Made by a program: the position numbers and the translations under genes. From the NCBI GenBank assembly GCA_038043525.1, contig JBBTBW010000009.1, positions 6,114-70,113 on the forward strand: a stretch of DNA of 64,000 nt, written 5' to 3'. Positions 49,527-59,648 of the stretch are shown piece by piece. Source of the DNA: Deltaproteobacteria bacterium (lineage in GTDB: Bacteria > Desulfobacterota > GWC2-55-46). The notes beneath the pieces are model-generated. The model was given only the letters and a program-made list of their open reading frames with translations. It was not told the origin of the DNA and did no database searches. Numbering within the stretch: position 1 is the stretch's first letter; every line of letters begins with the position of its first letter.

Positions 49527-50813
49527 ATGGATTCAAAGTTGACTATAACAGCCCTCGCTCACGGGGGTTCCGGGGTCGGAAGGATAGACGGCAAGGTCGT
49601 CTTTGTCCCTTTCACAGCCCCGGGCGATGTGGCGATGGTAGAGATAACTGCCGATAAAAAGGCATTTTCAGAGGGCGCGTTAAAGGAGATCATAACGCCT
49701 TCGCAGATCCGCGCTACCCCTGAGTGTTCACTTTACGGCGTATGCGGCGGGTGTTCTCTCCAGCATATAGATTATCAAGGCCAGGTCGAGTGGAAGCACA
49801 GGATATTCGAGGAGACCTTGAGGCGTATCGGCGGCATATCCGATGTCGAATTCGACGCGGCCACTCCCAGCCCGGCTCCGATGGGTTACAGATCGCGCGC
49901 AAGGTTCCATGTCAGCGGAGGCGTATGGGGGTTTTTTGAGGTAAAGTCCCATAAGGTCGTAGGTCTTGACGCATGTCCTGTACTTGACCCGATCCTTAAT
50001 ATCGCGTTTGCCGCGACAAGGAACGCGCTTAAGGGCGCGGACCTATCGATCTTCGCGGTTGACATAGGCGTAAGCGAGGCTGATCAAAAGGCGGTGGCCT
50101 CGATACACGTCACGTCGAGCAAAGGGTTTCCCTGGGCTGAGGCGCTTTCAGGGGTCAAGGAACTTAAAGGCTATCAGGTCCTCGTATATCCTGTAAGACA
50201 GGACAGGAACAGGGGGCGGCTGATAGAGAGGCACGCCGATACCGAGCTTTTTTACCAGGTAGAGGATATGCGGCTCGGCGCAGGAATAGACGTGTTTTCG
50301 CAGGTAAACAGAAGGGGCAACCATCTCCTCGTTGAGAAGGTGCTGAGTTACGCCTCTCTTGAAGGCACCGAGGCTGTTGTAGATCTCTTCTCAGGGGTCG
50401 GCAACCTCAGCCTGCCGCTTGCAAAAAGGGCAGGGTCCGTAGTGGGCGTAGAATCGGCCGGCGAGGCTATTGACGCGGCCATAAAGAACGCGCATAACAA
50501 CAATGTTACAAACGCTGATTTTACGGCGATGGACGCATCTGCATGGCTTAAACAGGAGATTAAAGCCCTTGAAAAAAAACGGCCCGATGTGGTAGTCTTA
50601 GACCCGCCGCGCGGCGGAGACACAGGGGTCGCCTCTATGCTCGGCAAGGTCAGGCCTGCGAGGATCATATACGTTTCTTGCAGTCCTCCGACACTGGCAA
50701 GGGACCTCTCTCATCTTATCGGCACCGGTTATACCGTCAAGAGGGCCGGTTTTATCGATATGTTTCCCCAGACATTCCATATCGAGGGCGTAGTTGTCCT
50801 TGAGGCGCGCTAG
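49527..50813 (+). CDS. rlmD: TrmA/RlmD-family RNA (uracil-5)-methyltransferase
   Basis: TRAM domain, C..CGGC..QH Fe-S motif, FSQVN, LDPPRGG, YVSC, DMFPQTFHIE. Confidence 0.9.
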   Translation: MDSKLTITALAHGGSGVGRIDGKVVFVPFTAPGDVAMVEITADKKAFSEGALKEIITPSQIRATPECSLYGVCGGCSLQHIDYQGQVEWKHRIFEETLRRIGGISDVEFDAATPSPAPMGYRSRARFHVSGGVWGFFEVKSHKVVGLDACPVLDPILNIAFAATRNALKGADLSIFAVDIGVSEADQKAVASIHVTSSKGFPWAEALSGVKELKGYQVLVYPVRQDRNRGRLIERHADTELFYQVEDMRLGAGIDVFSQVNRRGNHLLVEKVLSYASLEGTEAVVDLFSGVGNLSLPLAKRAGSVVGVESAGEAIDAAIKNAHNNNVTNADFTAMDASAWLKQEIKALEKKRPDVVVLDPPRGGDTGVASMLGKVRPARIIYVSCSPPTLARDLSHLIGTGYTVKRAGFIDMFPQTFHIEGVVVLEAR

Positions 50814-50893
50814 AAAGAGACGAAGGGACCTGTTTTCAGCTGTTGCCGTCCCTTGTACGTTAAATCGACGTTGTAACCGGAGAGATCAAGTAA

Positions 50894-51382
50894 ATGGAAC
50901 TTCCTATAGTCAAACAGCTCCGCGATGAGCTTCAGAAGGTCGAAAAGGAACTGAGGGTCGATTGCCCGAAGGAGCTGCAGAAGGCGGCGGCGCACGGAGA
51001 TTTCAAGGAAAACGCCGAGTACGATGCGGCAAAACAGAGGCAGTCGTTCCTCCAGGCGCGCGTAGCTCACCTCAACTCGAGGATAAACTCGCTGGTATCC
51101 CTGAAGCTCGATAATATCCCAAAGGATGCGATAGGCTTCGGATCGAGGATACACCTTGAGGACCTAAACACAGGCGAGGCGCTCGTATATGAGCTTGTAA
51201 CGCCTGAGGAGGTCGATCCGCGTAACGGCAAGATATCCGTAAGCTCGCCGATAGGCCGCGCCCTTCTCAACAAGGCCGCGGGTGAAGAGGTCACGATAAT
51301 CCTGCCGACCGGCACAAGGGAGTTCGCTATCACAGAGGTCTATACCCTGCACGAGCTCTTTTTCAGGAAACCCGACAAGTAA
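50894..51382 (+). CDS. greA: GreA/GreB transcription elongation factor
   Basis: HGDFKENAEYDAAK, ISVSSPIGRALL. Confidence 0.93.
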   Translation: MELPIVKQLRDELQKVEKELRVDCPKELQKAAAHGDFKENAEYDAAKQRQSFLQARVAHLNSRINSLVSLKLDNIPKDAIGFGSRIHLEDLNTGEALVYELVTPEEVDPRNGKISVSSPIGRALLNKAAGEEVTIILPTGTREFAITEVYTLHELFFRKPDK

Positions 51383-51397
51383 AGGAGGAGGCCGGCC

Positions 51398-51961
51398 TTG
51401 TATAACGCCATAACTATACTGCTCGTCCTAATACTCACATTCATGTTCTGGTCAGTCATCGCCTATAACGGCCTTGCGACGCTCAGGCACCATGTCAAGA
51501 ACGCATGGCAGCAGATCGACGTTCAGTTGAAGAGAAGGGCGGACCTGATACCGAACCTCGTCTCGACTGTCAAGGGCGCGATGCAGTTCGAGAAAGAGAC
51601 ACTCGCCGCGGTGGTCGAAGCAAGGGCGATGGCTGTAGGCGCAAAGACCGTCGGTCAAAGGGCTACGGCAGAGGGGGCGCTATCAGAGGCGCTAGGCAGG
51701 CTCTTTGCCGTTGTCGAGAGCTATCCTGACCTCAAATCAAACAAGAACATACTGCAACTACAGGAAGAGCTGACAAGCACGGAAAACCGCATAGGGTACG
51801 CGCGCCAGCTTTATAATGACCTCGTCAGGCAGTTCAATACAAGGCAGACGCTCTTCCCGACGCTTATCATCGCCTCGCTCCTTGGCTTCAGGCAGGCCGA
51901 GTACTTCCAGATCGAGGCAGGCGACAGGGCTGTCCCAAAGGTGGACCTGGGCGCAAGGTAG
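51398..51961 (+). CDS. lemA: LemA family protein
   Basis: YN.L, AWQQIDVQLKRRADLIPNLV, ESYPDLK, ENRI..AR..YN. Confidence 0.95.
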   Translation: MYNAITILLVLILTFMFWSVIAYNGLATLRHHVKNAWQQIDVQLKRRADLIPNLVSTVKGAMQFEKETLAAVVEARAMAVGAKTVGQRATAEGALSEALGRLFAVVESYPDLKSNKNILQLQEELTSTENRIGYARQLYNDLVRQFNTRQTLFPTLIIASLLGFRQAEYFQIEAGDRAVPKVDLGAR

Positions 51962-51988
51962 GCCTTTAGCGGGTGCGCATATCATGCT

Positions 51989-52963
51989 ATGACAGACATC
52001 TACTCCCAGCAGAGAAAGAACCGGAGGGTGACGTTCACCCTTATGCTGGGATTTTTTTTGCTCGTAACACTCGTTGGCCTCTCCGTTGACATCTATACCT
52101 ACGGTTCGATAGATATCTCAAGGGTCCCGTATCCCACCATCATCGCTTCATCCTTCGCCTCGATAAGCGGCCTGCTCGCCTACTACTTCGGAAGCTCCAT
52201 AGTCATCCGCTCTCTTGGCGCGGCAGAGCTCAGTTTCGACGATCTCACGCATAAAAAACTGCGTAACGTAGTGACAGAGATGTGCCTGGCAACAGGGCTT
52301 CCGATGCCTAAGGTCTACGTCATACCTGATCCCTCGCCTAATGCCTTTGCGACCGGCAGAAACCCCAGAGAGGCCTCTGTCGTAGTCACTCAGGGCCTTC
52401 TCGACTCTATGACCAGAGAAGAGCTTCAGGCGGTAGTCGCCCATGAGCTGGCGCATATAAAATCATACGACATACTGACTATGACAGTAGCGGCGGTGCT
52501 TGTAGGGACTGTTTCACTCCTGTCTGATTGGGCCTTGCGGTCATGGCGGTACGGCGGGTTGAGGCCAAGACGCGATTTGAAAGGGAGAAGCGCGATACAT
52601 CCGCTCCTCCTTTTTCTGGTAGGCCTCTTCGTGCTTCTATCCCCGCTAGCGTCACGGGTGTTGGCGATGGCCGTATCAAGGAACAGGGAATATCAGGCAG
52701 ACGCGCTCGCCGCAGAGTTCACAAGAAACCCTCTCGCCCTCGCTCTTGCCCTTGAGAAGATAAGCTCTTATGACTCACCTCTAAAGAGCGCAAGGAGGGG
52801 CTCAGCCCATCTGTTCATCTCTGATCCGTTAAAAAGAAAGCTCGATTCCAAGTCCGGGTTCGTAGCCGACCTCTTCGCGACCCACCCTCCGATAGAAGAG
52901 AGGATCGGCAGGCTCAGGAAGATGGGCTATCTGGCCGTACCTGCTCAGGGTATCGTCTCATGA
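51989..52963 (+). CDS. htpX: M48 zinc metalloprotease HtpX-like
   Basis: PNAFATG, AHELAH, SRNREYQAD, FATHPPIEERI. Confidence 0.92.
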   Translation: MTDIYSQQRKNRRVTFTLMLGFFLLVTLVGLSVDIYTYGSIDISRVPYPTIIASSFASISGLLAYYFGSSIVIRSLGAAELSFDDLTHKKLRNVVTEMCLATGLPMPKVYVIPDPSPNAFATGRNPREASVVVTQGLLDSMTREELQAVVAHELAHIKSYDILTMTVAAVLVGTVSLLSDWALRSWRYGGLRPRRDLKGRSAIHPLLLFLVGLFVLLSPLASRVLAMAVSRNREYQADALAAEFTRNPLALALALEKISSYDSPLKSARRGSAHLFISDPLKRKLDSKSGFVADLFATHPPIEERIGRLRKMGYLAVPAQGIVS

Positions 52964-53559
52964 CAGGAAAAAACGGGGCCGTCTCCATTCTCCGTTGCCC
53001 GGCGTGCGCCAAAGCGTTAAAAGAGGTCTTTGCAAAGGCAAACTACGGAAGGGTACTGCTCCTTGATCAGTGTACCGGGTGCGGCGGCGTATGGTTTGAC
53101 AGGTGGGAGCTTTACATGCTCCACGGTGCAAGCGTCTCTGATCTAGACAGCGTTGACGTTAGCAGCCTCAATGCGCCAAACCCTGACGTCCACGGGTCAG
53201 ACAACTGCCCAAGATGCTCTCTCCCGCTTGTCGAGTTCAGGGACCCGGGGCTGCCTCCTGACGCTTCGATAAGAAGGTGCGTTGCGTGCTCAGGGCTCTG
53301 GCTAAACAGGGGAGAGATATCAAAGTACGCCAACCACAGGGATACTTTTAAAAAGAGAGGAACTTCGGAGGCTGCTGGCGCAGATATCGAGACGCTAAGG
53401 CACCTCCAAAAAGAGCTTGATCTGACGAAGATAACAGGGCCTGCGCCTGAGGCGGCCGGACTTGCCTCAGTTGAGCCGCCGCTCGATACGAAGGAGATAG
53501 TCACTGATCTCGGTTTTCTCGCCCTCCAGACGCTGGTGAGGCTTTTATTTAAAATTTAG
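52960..53559 (+). CDS. Tandem zf-TFIIB zinc-ribbon protein
   Basis: Two CPxC...CxxCxGxWxxxxE repeats; ATGA overlap with htpX. Confidence 0.85.
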   Translation: MTGKNGAVSILRCPACAKALKEVFAKANYGRVLLLDQCTGCGGVWFDRWELYMLHGASVSDLDSVDVSSLNAPNPDVHGSDNCPRCSLPLVEFRDPGLPPDASIRRCVACSGLWLNRGEISKYANHRDTFKKRGTSEAAGADIETLRHLQKELDLTKITGPAPEAAGLASVEPPLDTKEIVTDLGFLALQTLVRLLFKI

Positions 53560-53593
53560 TTTTTTTGTGGTATATAAAATCGCACTAACGGAT

Positions 53594-53959
53594 ATGCCAA
53601 TGGAGACATTCGCTTTTTTAGTTCTCGGACTTGCCGCAGGCGTGCTTTCCGGGCTAGTAGGCATAGGCGGCGGGATACTTGTGATCCCGGCCCTCGTCTT
53701 TTTCTTCGGCTTTACGCAGCATCAGGCACAGGGCACGACCCTTGCCATGATGATCCCGCCGATAGGGATTCTGGCGGCGTGGGCATATTACCAGCAGGGC
53801 CACGTCGATCTGAGGGTCGCGCTCCTCTTATGCGCAGGGTTTTTCATAGGCGGTTTTTTCGGCGCAAGACTGGCTGTTACGCTCTCCGGCCCTGTGATAG
53901 AAAAGGTCTTTGGCGCAGTGTTGCTGGTTGTAGCTCTGAGGATGATATTCGCAAGGTAG
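53594..53959 (+). CDS. Short TauE/SafE (TSUP) family membrane protein
   Basis: AGVLSGLVGIGGG...AQGTTLA; about half the usual length. Confidence 0.85.
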   Translation: MPMETFAFLVLGLAAGVLSGLVGIGGGILVIPALVFFFGFTQHQAQGTTLAMMIPPIGILAAWAYYQQGHVDLRVALLLCAGFFIGGFFGARLAVTLSGPVIEKVFGAVLLVVALRMIFAR

Positions 53960-54030
53960 GCGCAATCGGGGTTTGCCTAAAGGCAAGCCCCGTAAAATAA
54001 AACGGCCTTACGGCACAAAAGGAGAGTCAG

Positions 54031-54804
54031 ATGAGGTTATCCAAAAGATTTATGATGGTAGCGCTGGCATCGATAGTTGGAATGGGAATGGGCGTGTACG
54101 GCACGGCAGATGCGTCAGAGAAGGGCGGGCATCATCACTGGGCGTACGAGGGAGAGACCGGCCCATCGCATTGGAGCCATGTCTCGCCTGAGTTCGCCGT
54201 ATGCAACGAGGGCAAGTCCCAGTCGCCGATAGACATAACGGCGCCTCAGAAAGAGAATATCGCGGACATCAATTTCAGCTACAAGCCCTCGGCGCTGAAC
54301 CTGATCAATAACGGCCATACCGTACAGGCCAATTACGACGACGGAAGCACGATAAACGTAAACGGCGTAGATTATAAGCTCCTCCAGTTTCATTTCCACA
54401 CCCCGAGCGAGCATACGGTCGGCGGCAAGTCATTCGGGATGGAGCTCCATCTCGTCCACAAGAACGACAAGGGCGAGCTTGCGGTTGTAGGCGTCCTTCT
54501 TGAGGATGGCAAGGATAACCAGGCGTACAGCGCCGTTTTGAAGGATCTCCCGAAGAAGGCCAATGAGAAGAAGAGCGGAAAGGCGGCATTTAACGCCGAC
54601 GATCTTCTCCCGAAGACACGGACGCATTACACTTATTCAGGGTCTCTGACCACGCCTCCATGCACCGAGAACGTGACATGGCTTGTCCTTAAGACCCCTG
54701 TGCAGATCTCGAAGAAGCAGATAAAGGCGCTCGAAGGGATAATGAAGCATAACAACAGGCCGGTACAGCCGATGCACGACAGGCCGTTAAAGGAAGACAT
54801 GTAA
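54031..54804 (+). CDS. Periplasmic alpha-class carbonic anhydrase
   Basis: Signal peptide, QSPIDI, QFHFHTPSEH, ELHLVH, GSLTTPPCTE. Confidence 0.96.
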   Translation: MRLSKRFMMVALASIVGMGMGVYGTADASEKGGHHHWAYEGETGPSHWSHVSPEFAVCNEGKSQSPIDITAPQKENIADINFSYKPSALNLINNGHTVQANYDDGSTINVNGVDYKLLQFHFHTPSEHTVGGKSFGMELHLVHKNDKGELAVVGVLLEDGKDNQAYSAVLKDLPKKANEKKSGKAAFNADDLLPKTRTHYTYSGSLTTPPCTENVTWLVLKTPVQISKKQIKALEGIMKHNNRPVQPMHDRPLKEDM

Positions 54805-54865
54805 GTCTCGTTTCTGACGGTCTGACTTGAAGGCCTCACGGCCTGATGATATTATTGCGGAGTCT

Positions 54866-54904
54866 AAAGACCCCGGCGGCATCCTGCCTCCGGGGTCTTT
54901 TTTT
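54866..54904. terminator. Terminator after carbonic anhydrase
   Basis: AAAGACCCCGG / CCGGGGTCTTT stem plus T-tract. Confidence 0.8.
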
Positions 54905-55013
54905 AATGAGAGGGATTTGTGCCGCACCTGCCGGATCAAAGGACGCGCTGCGGCGCGACGGGTTTTTTACGCCACCTGCCCAAGAGAGTGGAATGACCTG
55001 CCGGGCCTTGTGG

Positions 55014-56135
55014 CTATCTCCTGAACTCTGCCTTTAGCTCGAGCACCTTCATTATGTCCCTTCTTGATATGATCCCGGCCAGGTCGCCTCTTTCCATGAC
55101 GACGATCCTGCCTGCCTCTGTGTTGGCAAGCCTTGTCATGGCGTCTATAGCGCTATCAGTTGGCGATAGCGTCTCATCCTTGCCGATCCTTGTCATTATG
55201 TCCCTGACAAGGGTCTCGCCCCAGAGATCTCTCTCTATGCCCCTTATGTTGGCAAGCGTCAGAAGCCCTGCTACCCGGCCTCCGGATGAAACCGGAAAGC
55301 ATGAATGATGGTACTTGAAGAAGTATTTTTCGACCGCGTCAGCGAGATCTATCTCCTCGTTTATTGTCACGACGTCTCTTGACATGAGGTCAGAGACCTT
55401 GAGTCCGTTGAGCGCGTTTTTTACGAGCACCTGCCTGTAGCCGCTCTCGGCGGCCTGCTGGACGAATATCCCTATCAGCACCGACCATAGCCCGCCGGTG
55501 AAGTTGCCTACGAATATCTGAAGGAGGCCGAGCGCTATAAGGAATACCGCGAAGCCCTTGCCGATTGCGCTTGCCACCCGTGTCGCGCCGTTTATATCGC
55601 CTGTACGCGCCCACCAGAGCGCTCTGAAGACCCTTCCGCCGTCGAGCGGGAAGCCGGGTATCATGTTGAATATGAGGAGAACTACGTTTATCGTCGTGAG
55701 GTAAGAGGTGATCGCCTTGGCGACAGGGAAGGAATCCCCCGGGATAAGCCTTGATACGGCAAGAAAGAAGATGGCCAGCACGGCGCTTGCGGCAGGCCCG
55801 GCTATCGCGATCTTCAGCTCGGTATACGGGTCTTCAGGTTCTTTGGTAAGTTGAGCTACTCCGCCGAATATAAAGAGAGTTATCTCGTGTATGTCGAGGC
55901 CGAGCCTGTTGGCTGTGTACGAATGTGAGATCTCGTGGATAAGGACGCATACGAAGAGAAGGAGCGAGGAGGCGACACCCATGAAAAAATATCTGGCTGG
56001 CCCCAGCCCGGGGTACATGGAGGGGAAATATCCTGAGGCAAGCGACCAGGAAAACAGCACAAATATGGCGAACCATGTGTAGTCGACTGATATCTGGATA
56101 CCCAGTACCTTGAAGAGCCTGAAGCCTCTTGACAC
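55014..56135 (-). CDS. Site-2 protease (M50) with CBS pair
   Basis: HEISH, AGP, FNMIPGFPLDGG, two C-terminal CBS domains. Confidence 0.93.
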   Translation of the reverse strand: MSRGFRLFKVLGIQISVDYTWFAIFVLFSWSLASGYFPSMYPGLGPARYFFMGVASSLLLFVCVLIHEISHSYTANRLGLDIHEITLFIFGGVAQLTKEPEDPYTELKIAIAGPAASAVLAIFFLAVSRLIPGDSFPVAKAITSYLTTINVVLLIFNMIPGFPLDGGRVFRALWWARTGDINGATRVASAIGKGFAVFLIALGLLQIFVGNFTGGLWSVLIGIFVQQAAESGYRQVLVKNALNGLKVSDLMSRDVVTINEEIDLADAVEKYFFKYHHSCFPVSSGGRVAGLLTLANIRGIERDLWGETLVRDIMTRIGKDETLSPTDSAIDAMTRLANTEAGRIVVMERGDLAGIISRRDIMKVLELKAEFRR

Positions 56136-56362
56136 AATCCTCTCCCTTGTCCTCTTTCGACCTTGACGCTGTTATTTACGCTGTCAGTGTGAGCATAGAA
56201 AAAACCGGCACCTGAGCCTCTTTTGATGCGACGACCTTGTCTGCGGCCTTTTTACAGCGCAGATCGTATTGCGGCCCTTGGTCGTATTCGGGCGAGACTG
56301 GCGAGACTGAACCGTCATCTGCCGGTATTATTCCCGGTTCCCGTCTCGGTTTCGCCGTCGCC

Positions 56363-56818
56363 TTATGCCGCCTTTTTACCAATGCCTCCCTCTGTGCAGA
56401 GCCCGGCCTTTGTCCATTCTTCAAGACCGCCCGGGTAGCGTGTGACATTTTCAAACATCATCGTCACAAGCTTGTCGACACCGACCGCGCTCTCAAGGGA
56501 GTCAGGGCCTTGTCCGCATACTACGATAAGGTCATCTTTTTTCAAAAGTCGATCGGCCTTTTCTTCGATCGAGGCGAGAGGGATGCTGAGTGCGCCGCAG
56601 ATGTGCGCCTCTTCGTACTCTTTGCGGGTCCTCACGTCGATCATCACGGCCTTATCTTCCTTTCTGAGGATAGAGCCGAGTTCTTCGGTAGTCACTCCCG
56701 GGTACATATCAAGGAGCGGCCCAGCGAATATCGCAACCGAGTTTGTTTTATTGAAGTCGCTTGCGTTTACTGGCCTGTCAAGGTTCCATCTGTCGTCTAC
56801 ACCCCGGTCCCTTTTCAT
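56363..56818 (-). CDS. Rhodanese-like domain protein
   Basis: IDVR...HICGALSIP...VVC...YPGGLEEW; RBS AGGAGG. Confidence 0.88.
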   Translation of the reverse strand: MKRDRGVDDRWNLDRPVNASDFNKTNSVAIFAGPLLDMYPGVTTEELGSILRKEDKAVMIDVRTRKEYEEAHICGALSIPLASIEEKADRLLKKDDLIVVCGQGPDSLESAVGVDKLVTMMFENVTRYPGGLEEWTKAGLCTEGGIGKKAA

Positions 56819-56869
56819 AAAATCCTCCTTTAGCCGTTATGTGGCAGATCAAAGAAGCCTCTACTATTG

Positions 56870-56897
56870 AGTATAGTCCATGCGGCAGGGGTGTCAA
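56870..56897 (-). promoter_or_regulatory. sigma-70 promoter of the rhodanese gene
   Basis: Minus strand TTGACA-N16-TATACT. Confidence 0.6.
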
Positions 56898-56915
56898 GGG
56901 GGCGAAGAAGAGCCT

Positions 56916-57449
56916 CTAGTTGACTAGTTTTTCAAGGGTTTTTTCGTATGTGGCGAGGTCGCTTTCGGAAAACAGCACGAAACGGACGGTCTTCAATCCT
57001 GGGTTTAGCCGTATAAATTCCATAACTGCCCTGAGCGCGACCTCTGACGCATCTTTGATGGGGTATCCGTATGCGCCTGTGCTGATAGATGGGAATGAGA
57101 TAGAGGTAAGTTTGTTTTCGATAGCAAGCCTTAGAGACGATTGATAAGCGTTTTTAAGGGTCTGTCCCTCGCCGTGCTGACCGTCTCTGTAGACAGGTCC
57201 TACGGTATGTATTACCCGGCCTGCCTTGAGCCTGCCGCCTGTCGTTATGACAGCGCGGCCTTCGATGCAGCCGCCTATCCGCCTGCACTCTTTCATTATC
57301 TCAGGGCCGCCTGCCCTGTGTATCGCCCCGTCTACGCCGCCTCCGCCGGCAAGGGCAGAGTTAGCGGCATTGATGATAGCGTCTGTCGTTTCTTGGGTGA
57401 TGTCGCCCTTGACGAGTGTTATTACCGTTGAGTCGACCCTTGCCTCCAT
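56916..57449 (-). CDS. Macro-domain O-acetyl-ADP-ribose deacetylase (YmdB-like)
   Basis: GDIT, NAAN..L.GGGGVDGAIH, HTVGP, FPSISTGAYGYP. Confidence 0.95.
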   Translation of the reverse strand: MEARVDSTVITLVKGDITQETTDAIINAANSALAGGGGVDGAIHRAGGPEIMKECRRIGGCIEGRAVITTGGRLKAGRVIHTVGPVYRDGQHGEGQTLKNAYQSSLRLAIENKLTSISFPSISTGAYGYPIKDASEVALRAVMEFIRLNPGLKTVRFVLFSESDLATYEKTLEKLVN

Positions 57450-57677
57450 ATAGACCTCCTCTGGTATCAAAAAGCCGAAGAAAATCGTCAGGCACGGAAG
57501 GATGAAGCGGAAAGAGATCAGGTCTTGGCGCAGGTAGTATCTTTGTCAGAAGACTACTGATCCGACTTCTGTGGCAGATGCTCTAGCGTAATATGCTCTT
57601 GTCTTTGCTATAGGGTTATAGGCTATAGGAGGGCCGGAGAGTCACGTCGTAGCGCCGCACGAAGTACACGTAAGATA

Positions 57678-58238
57678 TCACCTTGACGCTGTTATCTTGT
57701 AGTGCGACTCGGTGAGAGGCCCGGGGACAACTGAGCAGAACCCGGCCATTGTCAAGAGCGAGACTGCGTCTGCCACGTCTATCCGCTCTTCAAGAGGGGG
57801 GCCTTTCTCTTCGGCCTTTTTCACCCAGTCGATGACAACGAGCGTCCCTTCCTGCCTTATTATCCGTCGGACCTCTTTAAGGAAGCTGTTTGTGTCTGCG
57901 GCCTCGTGAAGCACAAACGCGATCAGGGCAAGATCCACCTCGCCGTCTGCCAGAGGGATGCTCTCTTCATCGGACTTAAGGAGTATGATGTTTTGAGGAG
58001 GGTCAGCGTCACGCAGATGAAGTAGCATCTCTTCCTGCGTGTCAATCGCGAATACGACCCCGTACGGGCCGACTATGCGTGCGGCAGGGATGGAGAAAAA
58101 ACCCGGGCCGCTGCCTATATCGGCGAAGATATCGTCTTCTTTAAGGCCGCATGATCGGAGCAGACCCTCAGGGTCCAGCTCCTGTTCACGCTCTTTGCTC
58201 AGGAGCCTGTCGATCTTTTTCGGGTCGAACTTGTGCAT
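57678..58238 (-). CDS. Class I SAM-dependent methyltransferase
   Basis: ADIGSGPG, AID, VLHE, IDW...GPP..ER. Confidence 0.88.
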   Translation of the reverse strand: MHKFDPKKIDRLLSKEREQELDPEGLLRSCGLKEDDIFADIGSGPGFFSIPAARIVGPYGVVFAIDTQEEMLLHLRDADPPQNIILLKSDEESIPLADGEVDLALIAFVLHEAADTNSFLKEVRRIIRQEGTLVVIDWVKKAEEKGPPLEERIDVADAVSLLTMAGFCSVVPGPLTESHYKITASR

Positions 58239-58241
58239 CTC

Positions 58242-58697
58242 TTATATCCCTCCGAACCTCAGGAAGACCGCGAATACGACTATCGCGAGCGCTATTATGA
58301 GGTTTGCCCTGCCGAAGACGCGCGCTATGGATGAGATCTTCGGCGAGTTCCGGGCCTTCGGCCCTATGAAGAAGTCGTGGACAAAGCTAGACAGGACTAT
58401 GATGGTGACAAGGGCCAGCTTGATGGTCAGCGCGAGCCCGAAGCCTGTCGACGGCGAGTAGATGCTGTAGTCAGGGTACATGGTCAGGAGCATGAAAGGC
58501 CCTGTCACGAGAAGCGTTATGATGGCTACCCAACCCCACTTCCTGTACTGCTTGCCGACGACCTGGAAGATCTGGCTCTTGGCCTTCGGGTCGGAGAGCG
58601 TTTTCAGGTAAGGGGCTATGACAGCGACAAGAAAAAGCATGCCGCCTATCCAGAATATGGCGGATAAAACGTGGAGGAACAAAGCGATCTTGAGCAA
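58242..58697 (-). CDS. CopD/DUF4149-like membrane protein
   Basis: LHVLSAIFWIGGM, four TM helices, conserved HDF; TTG start with AGGAGG RBS. Confidence 0.8.
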   Translation of the reverse strand: MLKIALFLHVLSAIFWIGGMLFLVAVIAPYLKTLSDPKAKSQIFQVVGKQYRKWGWVAIITLLVTGPFMLLTMYPDYSIYSPSTGFGLALTIKLALVTIIVLSSFVHDFFIGPKARNSPKISSIARVFGRANLIIALAIVVFAVFLRFGGI

Positions 58698-58845
58698 GGT
58701 ACGACCTCCTGAATGGATCTGGCCTGACGGCCTTTATTGCAATAATATAATACCGGCATGGGTGCGTTTTTTCCATGACCTATGTCAGTCGTCAGTCTTC
58801 TCTTTTATCACAGGAGGGGTCGAGTTACAAGCAGGAGCGGGTTGT

Positions 58846-59448
58846 TCATCCGAGGAATGCCTCTATGCCGCGCTTGATCATCATGACGGCTATCGCCGCA
58901 AGGAGGAGCGAGATGACCTTTGATATCCCTCTCGCCCCGTTCTCGCCTATGTATTTGACTATGGTATCGGCGCCCAGGAGTGTCGCCCACATGATGATGA
59001 GGTTGACGATAAGGGAGGCAAGCGCCGGTATAAACCCGTAGAGATCGCTTACCATAAGGAGCGTCGTAAGGGCCGCCGGCCCTGCTATCAGGGGCGTGCC
59101 TATCGGTACTATGCCTATGCCGGAGACCGGTCTGGCGACAGGCGCGCCTCTTGCCGTCTGTACTATGTCGGTTATCGCGATGGATAGCAGTATCAGGCCT
59201 CCTGCTATCTGGAAGTCCGATATTGTGATGCCGAGGACGAAGAATATGAGCCTTCCGACGAGGAGGAAGGCGAGGGTGATCGCAGTCGCAGTGAGGATCG
59301 AGTAGAGGAGCACCTCTCTTCTTTCACGAGGCGCCATCTCTCTGGTCATTGAGAAGTATACGGGTAGGACCCCTATCGGCTCCATAGCCACAAGCAGCGG
59401 AAGGAATGCGAGGATAAATATCTTTAGCGATTCGATTGTAAGGTCCAT
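58846..59448 (-). CDS. MarC family membrane protein
   Basis: MEPIG, FQIAGGLIL, VPIGTPLIAGPA, LLLAAIAV. Confidence 0.92.
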   Translation of the reverse strand: MDLTIESLKIFILAFLPLLVAMEPIGVLPVYFSMTREMAPRERREVLLYSILTATAITLAFLLVGRLIFFVLGITISDFQIAGGLILLSIAITDIVQTARGAPVARPVSGIGIVPIGTPLIAGPAALTTLLMVSDLYGFIPALASLIVNLIIMWATLLGADTIVKYIGENGARGISKVISLLLAAIAVMMIKRGIEAFLG

Positions 59449-59648
59449 GTACGGATTTTGCACCCGCAGGCTTTAATAGTCAATCGGATTGTCTCTGATA
59501 AGAACGTCTTGATACAGGTTCGGCTTGATGGCCGCCCATCGGATAAGTCCTTCGACCGTATCCCTCTGATAAGAAGGTCCGGGTGCCGGCCCGGCGTGAT
59601 GATACGGCTCCGGGCCGGAGTCTGCCGGCGGCTTATGACCGGCTTCGA

